Origin: Clostridia bacterium
Lineage (GTDB): Bacteria; Bacillota; Clostridia; UMGS1810
Assembly: GCA_017436905.1 (NCBI GenBank)
Contig: JAFSCF010000002.1
Span: 1,083-65,082 of the forward strand
Length of the DNA stretch: 64,000 nt
Direction of reading: 5' to 3'
Made by a program: the position numbers and the translations under genes
Part shown: one piece after another, positions 56,643 through 64,000 of the stretch
How positions within the stretch are numbered: the stretch's first letter is position 1
How the letters are laid out: the number at the start of each line of letters is the position of its first letter
Notes under the pieces: model-generated
What the model saw: the letters and a program-made list of their open reading frames with translations, nothing else
Databases searched by the model: none
What the model was told of the DNA's origin: nothing

Positions 56643-57968
56643 TTATTCGTCTTTTTTGCGCTCACGTATGATGAACTTAATAGGTGTTCCTTCCATACCA
56701 AAAAACGCACGTATCTGATTTTCTATATAGCGTACATATGAAAAGTGCGCCAGTTGCTTGTCATTTACAAAAAGTATAAACGTAGGCGGCTTTGTGGTAG
56801 CCTGAGTAATATAATAAATTTTTAAACGTCTGCCCTTATCCGATGGTGGCTGCACTTTTGTAATTGCCTCGTTTAAAACATCGTTAAGAACACCTGTAGA
56901 CACACGCATTGCGTGCTGATTGGAAACATATGTGATAAGGTCAAACAGTTTTTCCACCCTTGAGCCAGTAAGTGCCGATATAAACGCAACAGGTGCATAC
57001 ATCATATACGAAAGATTGTTAAGGACTGATTTGCGGTAGTTTTCCATAGTCATAGTTTCTTTTTCTACCAAATCCCATTTATTAACAACTACAATAGCAG
57101 CCTTACCCTGATTATGGGCATAGCCTGCAATTTTGGTATCCTGCTCTGTAACACCGTCACGTGCATCAATAAGTATAAGCACTACATCACACCTGTCAAC
57201 AGCAGCCAACGAACGCACCACGCTGTAATGCTCTATGTTTTCGTCTATCTTTCCACGTTTACGCATACCGGCGGTATCTATAAACGTATACTTCTGCCCG
57301 TTACGCTCGTATTTAGTATCAATAGCGTCACGTGTTGTTCCTGCAATATCACTTACTATAACACGCTCTTCGCCTAAAATTCTGTTTATCAAAGAAGATT
57401 TACCAACATTTGGTTTACCTATAACAGCCACTTTTATAGAGTCATCTTCTTCACTGTTATCAACTTCAAAATCTACGTATTCAAACAGTTTGTCAAGCAA
57501 ATCACCAACACCGAGCCCGTGAGTTGAAGAGATTGTCATAGGCTCATCAAGACCAAGATTGAAAAATTCATAATATGCCATCGGCGGCTCACCTGCGTGG
57601 TCAACCTTGTTGCACACAAGCACAACCGGTTTTTTGCTGCGCATAAGCATAGCCGCAACGTCTTTATCTGCCGCAGTAAGTCCGTCGTGGATATCAACCA
57701 TAAAAATTATGGCATCTGCCATATCAATAGCAAGGTCAGCCTGACGTTTCATCTGCTTTAAGATAATATCGTCATTTCTCGGCTCTATACCGCCGGTGTC
57801 TATAAGAATAAATTTCTTGTTAAGCCACTCGCCCTCTGCGTATATTCTGTCACGTGTAACACCGGGGGTATCCTCTACAATAGATATACGCTTACCTATT
57901 ATCTTATTAAACAAAGTGGATTTACCCACGTTTGGTCTGCCAACTATAGCAAATACGGGTTTTCTCAT
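56643..57968 (-). CDS. der: ribosome biogenesis GTPase Der (EngA)
   Basis: Two G domains (GRPNVGKST, GKPNVGKSS) plus KH-like C-terminus. Confidence 0.95.
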   Translation of the reverse strand: MRKPVFAIVGRPNVGKSTLFNKIIGKRISIVEDTPGVTRDRIYAEGEWLNKKFILIDTGGIEPRNDDIILKQMKRQADLAIDMADAIIFMVDIHDGLTAADKDVAAMLMRSKKPVVLVCNKVDHAGEPPMAYYEFFNLGLDEPMTISSTHGLGVGDLLDKLFEYVDFEVDNSEEDDSIKVAVIGKPNVGKSSLINRILGEERVIVSDIAGTTRDAIDTKYERNGQKYTFIDTAGMRKRGKIDENIEHYSVVRSLAAVDRCDVVLILIDARDGVTEQDTKIAGYAHNQGKAAIVVVNKWDLVEKETMTMENYRKSVLNNLSYMMYAPVAFISALTGSRVEKLFDLITYVSNQHAMRVSTGVLNDVLNEAITKVQPPSDKGRRLKIYYITQATTKPPTFILFVNDKQLAHFSYVRYIENQIRAFFGMEGTPIKFIIRERKKDE

Positions 57969-57980
57969 TTATTTATCCTC

Positions 57981-59297
57981 TCATTCCAATATACTTTCAA
58001 CAAAATCGTAGCCGTCACATTCTACCACACGCACTTTTATACCAAGTTCTTTTTCAACATCTTCCAGAGTGGTGTCGTCTAAGAAAATCATACAATCGTC
58101 TTTAAACATATTCCTTGCAAGAAGAAGTGTTCCGTCTAAATTTTTGTCTTTCAGTTGATTAATAATATCCCGTCCGCACAAAAGACCGGTTACGGTTATT
58201 CTGTCACCAAAGAAGTCGTTTCTTATTTTAAACACTTCCACATCAGCATCAGAATGTTTTTGTTTAATTTTATCTACGAATTTATTTATATGATTATATG
58301 CAATAATTCCGGTAGCAATAATTTTTTTGTTACCTTTGCAACTTGTTTCGTCATCAAGCGCAAGGTCTATCTCATATTCAAGTGATGCCATCATACCAAC
58401 GCCGTTTTCTATCTGCGGAAAATCCTCGTAACTTTCATATGGAGGAATATCACGCTCTGCCATTATATAGAATTCGTCTGCCGCATACACAACTCTTGTG
58501 CCAAATTCTTTGTACAGTTTTGCAGCATATTCTTCCACTATGTCAATCACATCAGATGCAATTTCCTTAGTTACGGGAGCAAGTTCAAAAAGACCTTTCC
58601 TGTGTTTTGATATTCCCACGGGCACTACAGACGCACTGTGAACGGCAGGCATAAGCGAAGCCAAATCCGCAAGAGATTTTTTTAATATATCACCGTCATT
58701 TACCCCTGGGCAAAGAACAATCTGCGCATTCATTGTTATTCCGGCATCGGCAAAGCGACTCATAATGTTTAATATATTATCTGCATTTTTATTGTGAAGC
58801 ATCATTTTACGCACTTCGCCGTCTGTTGCATGAACGCTTACGTTTATCGGGCTTACACGCATATCTATAATGCGCTGGATATCTTTTTCCTTTAAATTTG
58901 TAAGTGTTACATAGTTACCTTGCAGAAAAGACAAACGGTAATCGTCGTCTTTAAAAACCATTGTAGCGCGAACATTAGGCGGAAGTTGGTCCATAAAGCA
59001 GAAAATACATTTATTGTGGCAACGGCGTGGCTCATCTATAAGCGAATTTTCAAACTCAACACCAAACTGTTCATAACAATCGTTATATATTTCTATTTCT
59101 TCATAATCGCCGTTTTGCTTTATAACTCCTGCAACGTAATATTCATCTGATGTAAGGTATTTAAAATCCAATATATCTTCAAAATGACGGCCGCTGATAT
59201 TATCAATTATATCGCCCGCTTCGATGCCTGCATCGTATGCGATAGAGCCGTATTCAACTGATTTAACAACAGCCTTGTTTTTCATATCTTTCCTCAA
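57981..59297 (-). CDS. DUF512 radical-SAM-like protein with N-terminal PDZ-like domain
   Basis: 438 aa; CHNKCIFC (CX3CX2C). Confidence 0.7.
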   Translation of the reverse strand: MRKDMKNKAVVKSVEYGSIAYDAGIEAGDIIDNISGRHFEDILDFKYLTSDEYYVAGVIKQNGDYEEIEIYNDCYEQFGVEFENSLIDEPRRCHNKCIFCFMDQLPPNVRATMVFKDDDYRLSFLQGNYVTLTNLKEKDIQRIIDMRVSPINVSVHATDGEVRKMMLHNKNADNILNIMSRFADAGITMNAQIVLCPGVNDGDILKKSLADLASLMPAVHSASVVPVGISKHRKGLFELAPVTKEIASDVIDIVEEYAAKLYKEFGTRVVYAADEFYIMAERDIPPYESYEDFPQIENGVGMMASLEYEIDLALDDETSCKGNKKIIATGIIAYNHINKFVDKIKQKHSDADVEVFKIRNDFFGDRITVTGLLCGRDIINQLKDKNLDGTLLLARNMFKDDCMIFLDDTTLEDVEKELGIKVRVVECDGYDFVESILE

Positions 59298-59950
59298 CTT
59301 TTTATAAATTTTGCAACCGCCCCGGGAGAATCTGCAATAAATACATGAGGACTGTTTTTTAGTTCCTCGATATCCCCAAAACCATAGGAAACACCTATTC
59401 CATCAATGCCAAGTTCAGCAGCACCGTCAAGGTCGTACATACGGTCACCAACCATTACAACCTCACTCATATCAGTAATACCAAAATGCTCTAGCGCACG
59501 TCTTATAAGATGCGCCTTAGAAGTATCTTTCTCGTGCATTGTAACACCTACAGTTAAATCAAAATATTTATCTAACCCAAAATGCGGTACTATACGGTCA
59601 ATAAACTCCTGCGGTTTAGCAGAAACCACGGCAAGTTTTACACCTGCGTCTTTAAGGCTTTTAAGCGACTTTTCCATGCCGTCATAAAGTTTCATTTCAT
59701 ATATACCGGTTACAGAGTAACGTTCCCTATATAAATCACGTGCTTTTTCTGCATCAGCCTCGCTTAATCCGAAATACTCCATATACGCATGCACCAGCGG
59801 AGGCCCTACAACACGGCGCAGACTTTCATAACTGTTATCTATTTTAACACCAAGTTTTTCAAACGCATACTCGGTACACTTAAAAATCCCCTCCTGAGTA
59901 TTACCTATAGTGCCGTCCATATCATAAAAAGCATATTTATATCTGCACAT
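59294..59950 (-). CDS. HAD-superfamily phosphatase (phosphoglycolate-phosphatase-like)
   Basis: FYDMDGT motif I, VGDRMYD motif IV region. Confidence 0.75.
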   Translation of the reverse strand: MCRYKYAFYDMDGTIGNTQEGIFKCTEYAFEKLGVKIDNSYESLRRVVGPPLVHAYMEYFGLSEADAEKARDLYRERYSVTGIYEMKLYDGMEKSLKSLKDAGVKLAVVSAKPQEFIDRIVPHFGLDKYFDLTVGVTMHEKDTSKAHLIRRALEHFGITDMSEVVMVGDRMYDLDGAAELGIDGIGVSYGFGDIEELKNSPHVFIADSPGAVAKFIKS

Positions 59951-60025
59951 GGCAAATCCCTCCCGCTATTAAGATAGTATACCACATTATGCGAAAATTT
60001 CCAATAGTTTTGCGAATTTTTTATG

Positions 60026-60056
60026 CAAAAAATAACCAGCCCTTAATTGGGCTGGC
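60026..60056 (-). terminator. intrinsic terminator after rpmF
   Basis: Minus strand CCAGCCC-AATTAA-GGGCTGG followed by TTATTTTTT. Confidence 0.8.
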
Positions 60057-60064
60057 ATAATTGC

Positions 60065-60241
60065 TTATTCAGCTTTTAAAACCTCTTTGTCACCATATGT
60101 TCCGCAAGCCTTGCAAACTCTATGGGGCAATTTGTACTCACCACATTTAGAGCATTTTACCATACCGGGTAAAACGAGTTTCCAGTTTGCTCTTCTCTTA
60201 TCTCTTCTTGCTTTAGAAGTTTTTCTCTTGGGTACTGCCAT
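60065..60241 (-). CDS. rpmF: 50S ribosomal protein L32
   Basis: [18 protein letters not shown]...; start at ATG 60241 with GGAGGTG. Confidence 0.95.
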   Translation of the reverse strand: MAVPKRKTSKARRDKRRANWKLVLPGMVKCSKCGEYKLPHRVCKACGTYGDKEVLKAE

Positions 60242-60281
60242 AAGTAACACCTCCTACCAAAATTCTATATCTTTTAAAAAC

Positions 60282-60785
60282 TTAATCGTTTTTCAAAAAC
60301 GCTTTTAGCGCTGCAAGACGTGGGTCAATTTCCTCATCCTCGCAATCGCATGGACCATCATTTAAATCTTTGCCGCAAGTGTGGCACAGACCTTTGCAGT
60401 CCTCATTACACAAAAATACAAATGGTACTGATGTGCAAAAGTTTTCCTCTACTGCGCTTTGCAGGTCAACAGTATTGGAAACTATCGGCAGAAATACACT
60501 ATCCTCGCCTATCTTTTCGCTTTGAGTGTAACTTTCGTTTACATCAAACTCAAAATCCTCGGTTATTTCTTTAAGGCAACGTGCACAGTTTACAACAAAC
60601 TGAGTTTGCACAGCAGCATCAAGATAAAGATTACCGCCATTGTTTTTGACTGTACCCTCCACTTTAAGCGGAGCAGTAAACAAAAACTCCTGACCGTTAA
60701 AATCTATTTTATCAACCGAAATTTCAACCGAAACGGCTTGGCAAGCGCCCTCAGCCTTAACAATTTTTGAAACGTCTATCTTCAT
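60282..60785 (-). CDS. YceD-family (DUF177) protein
   Basis: 167 aa; Cys-rich C-terminus; conserved yceD-rpmF pairing. Confidence 0.8.
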   Translation of the reverse strand: MKIDVSKIVKAEGACQAVSVEISVDKIDFNGQEFLFTAPLKVEGTVKNNGGNLYLDAAVQTQFVVNCARCLKEITEDFEFDVNESYTQSEKIGEDSVFLPIVSNTVDLQSAVEENFCTSVPFVFLCNEDCKGLCHTCGKDLNDGPCDCEDEEIDPRLAALKAFLKND

Positions 60786-60868
60786 ATATACACCTCGTTT
60801 ATTCGGCGCAACAAAAATATTATATCCGTTTCCAATGCGTTTGTCAAGACTTTTTTACCGATATTTAA

Positions 60869-62059
60869 TTATTTTACCAGTTTAGCGGTATCCATTGCTA
60901 TCATCATTTCTTCGTCTGTGGGGATAACAAGTGTCTTAACTGTAGCACCCGCTGCTGAGATATCTCTCTCCTCGCCGCGCACTTTATTAAGTTCAGCATC
61001 AACTTTAATACCCATAAACTCTAAACCATCTGTGATAGCGGCACGCATCATAGCAGTATTTTCACCGATACCTGCAGTAAATACGATTGCATCTACCCCG
61101 CCCATAACTGCTGCGTAAGTACCGATATAGCGTTTTACGCTGTATGCAAACATATCAAGCGCAAGTTTTGCTCTTTCGTCACCTTCACCGGCTGCTTTTT
61201 CCAAATCTCTGAAGTCGCTGCTGATACCTGAGATACCAAACACACCGGACTGCTTATTCATAAGGTCGTTTACACCTTTTTCGTCAAGACCTTCTTTTTC
61301 CATAAGGAATGTTACAATCGCAGGGTCGATATCGCCGCAGCGTGTACCCATTGCAACACCTGCCAAAGGTGTAAAGCCCATTGTGGTATCTACAGACTTA
61401 CCGCCGTCAACAGCAGTAATTGATGAGCCGTTACCAAGGTGGAGTGTAATAATTTTAAGGTCTTCTATCTTTTTGCCAAGCATATCTGCTGCTCTGCCGG
61501 AAACGTATTTGTGTGATGTTCCGTGGAAGCCGTATCTTCTGATTTTATGTTTTGTATACATATCATAAGGAAGTGCATACATATATGCTTTAGCGGGCAT
61601 TGTCTGGTGGAATGCGGTGTCAAACACACCTACCTGAGGTACACCAGGCATAATTTTAGAGCAAGCCTCAATACCTATAATATTTGCAGGGTTGTGCAAA
61701 GGAGCAAGTTCCACGCACTGCTGGAGTGCATCCATAACAGCATCGTCAATAACAACAGAACCGCTGAAAATCTCACCGCCGTGAACAACTCTGTGTCCTA
61801 CAGCATCAATTTCTTTCATATCAGCGATTACGCCAACTTCTTTATCTGTAAGTGCTTCGATAACCATTCTGATAGCGTCTGAGTGGTCTTTCATAGCATC
61901 TTCACGCACGAAATCGTCTCTGCCGCTTACTTTCTGTGTAAGTTTACCGTCGATACCGATTCTTTCACAAAGACCTTTTGCCAGTACTTTTTTTGTGTCG
62001 ATATCAATAAACTGATATTTAAGCGAAGAACTACCGGCATTAATAACCAAAATTTTCAT
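60869..62059 (-). CDS. ackA: acetate kinase
   Basis: [16 protein letters not shown]..., HLGNGSS motifs. Confidence 0.95.
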   Translation of the reverse strand: MKILVINAGSSSLKYQFIDIDTKKVLAKGLCERIGIDGKLTQKVSGRDDFVREDAMKDHSDAIRMVIEALTDKEVGVIADMKEIDAVGHRVVHGGEIFSGSVVIDDAVMDALQQCVELAPLHNPANIIGIEACSKIMPGVPQVGVFDTAFHQTMPAKAYMYALPYDMYTKHKIRRYGFHGTSHKYVSGRAADMLGKKIEDLKIITLHLGNGSSITAVDGGKSVDTTMGFTPLAGVAMGTRCGDIDPAIVTFLMEKEGLDEKGVNDLMNKQSGVFGISGISSDFRDLEKAAGEGDERAKLALDMFAYSVKRYIGTYAAVMGGVDAIVFTAGIGENTAMMRAAITDGLEFMGIKVDAELNKVRGEERDISAAGATVKTLVIPTDEEMMIAMDTAKLVK

Positions 62060-62090
62060 TATAAATTCAACTCTTTTCTGATTTATTTAA

Positions 62091-63156
<1,066 letters not shown>

Positions 63157-63204
63157 TAGTAAAATGTAATAAATTACATATTATTTGTAATAAAATAATT
63201 TATT

Positions 63205-63246
63205 TAACAAAAAACTTTCGTTCTTTGTTAAAGAGCGAAAGTTTTT
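63205..63246 (-). terminator. intrinsic terminator after dnaJ
   Basis: Minus strand AAAACTTTCG...CGAAAGTTTT stem followed by TTG. Confidence 0.7.
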
Positions 63247-63249
63247 AAA

Positions 63250-64000
63250 CTATTTCTTGAAATTTTCTTTGATTTTTTCAAAAAAGCCTTTTTGCTGTTT
63301 ATAGTTTTTGTCGTTTGTTACCTCACCGAATTTTTCAAGCGCCTGTTTCTGCTCGTTTGTAAGGTTTTTAGGCACTTCAACTATAACATTTATTATCTGG
63401 TCGGCACGCACGCCAGAACGCAGATTTTTAATACCCTTACCACGTATTCTGAAAGACGTACCGCTTTGTGTACCCTCTGGAATGGTATATGTCATCATAC
63501 CGTCTAAGGTGGGGATTTCAATATCGGCACCCAATGCAGCCTGAACAAATGTAACGGGTACATCGCAGTATACCTCGTATCCGTTACGTGTAAATATGGG
63601 GTGGCGTCTTAAAGCAACAGTAACAAACAAATCACCTGCAGGGCCGCCTTTTATACCTGCATTACCCTGACCACGGAACGATACTGTTTCACCATGGTTG
63701 ATACCTGCAGGGATATTAACCTCTATAGTACGTGAACGCTTGATTTTGCCTTTACCCTTACACTTGGTACACGGATTTTTAATAATAGTGCCCGTACCGC
63801 CGCAGTTATTACACGGAGATACGTTTACAAACTGGCCGAACGGAGAACGTTGTGTAGTGCGCACTTCGCCTGTGCCTCCGCAAACAGGACAAGTTTGCTT
63901 ATCGTTTGCATTTTTTGCACCCACGCCGTTACACTCGTCACAATCTTCCACACGGTAAATTTTAACCTGCTTTTTAACACCGAATGCAGCCTCTTCAAAA
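63250..64000 (-). CDS. dnaJ: chaperone DnaJ (C-terminal part; 5' end beyond window)
   Basis: Four CxxCxGxG zinc-finger repeats; frame stays open to the window edge (FEEAAFGVKKQVKIYRVEDCDEC). Confidence 0.9.
   Translation of the reverse strand, partial: FEEAAFGVKKQVKIYRVEDCDECNGVGAKNANDKQTCPVCGGTGEVRTTQRSPFGQFVNVSPCNNCGGTGTIIKNPCTKCKGKGKIKRSRTIEVNIPAGINHGETVSFRGQGNAGIKGGPAGDLFVTVALRRHPIFTRNGYEVYCDVPVTFVQAALGADIEIPTLDGMMTYTIPEGTQSGTSFRIRGKGIKNLRSGVRADQIINVIVEVPKNLTNEQKQALEKFGEVTNDKNYKQQKGFFEKIKENFKK

Noticed and set aside
63166-63181. Palindrome ATGTAAT-AA-ATTACAT upstream of the pta promoter as a cre/CcpA site
   Set aside because: It does not match the cre consensus (no central CG). It is AT-only sequence in an AT-rich spacer, which is insufficient evidence.

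Overview
Low-GC, Clostridia-like chromosomal segment, transcribed almost entirely on the minus strand. It falls into three blocks.

(1) 1-14.8 kb: a complete glycyl-radical-enzyme bacterial microcompartment (BMC) locus of the fucose/rhamnose (GRM5-like) type. It encodes a GRE diol-dehydratase-like enzyme and its activase. There are six shell genes: 2 BMC-H, 2 BMC-T, a PduU/EutS-like protein and an EutN-type pentamer. It also encodes an EutP GTPase, a class II aldolase, a Zn-ADH, a CoA-acylating aldehyde dehydrogenase, a PduS-like Fe-S flavoprotein and PduL. These run straight into a DeoR regulator, a rhamnulokinase and an FBA-family aldolase.

(2) 14.8-26.7 kb and 41.1-64 kb: housekeeping genes. 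These include dacB-like, split transketolase, yitT, mrnC, cysS, cysE, feoA/feoB split by a CNNM/CorC gene, fumarase beta, metA, cca, lepB, rplS, truA, ecfA1A2T, dnaI/dnaB-like, tRNA-Leu(CAA), pgi, gpsA, plsY, der, rpmF, ackA, pta and dnaJ.

(3) 26.7-41.1 kb: a visibly more AT-rich ~14.4 kb integrated element sitting in the 3' end of metA, flanked by a 17-bp direct repeat. It keeps xis-int, a long nucleotide-metabolism/DNA-modification operon, a tail-fibre fragment and an endolysin. The operon comprises dUTPase, NrdDG, a deoxyribosyltransferase-like protein, an HNH-AP2 endonuclease, a dNMP-kinase-like protein, a divergent ThyX-like protein, an HPr-like protein and two atypical C5-methyltransferase-like proteins. 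It has no immunity, replication, packaging or head/tail genes, so I read it as an internally deleted prophage.

The observations I would follow up first:
- the element's modification module and its att structure;
- the Cys/His-rich tail plus encapsulation peptide on the BMC aldolase;
- an orphan promoter-leader-terminator upstream of the CNNM transporter.

All functional calls come from reading motifs in the translations. No database search was run.
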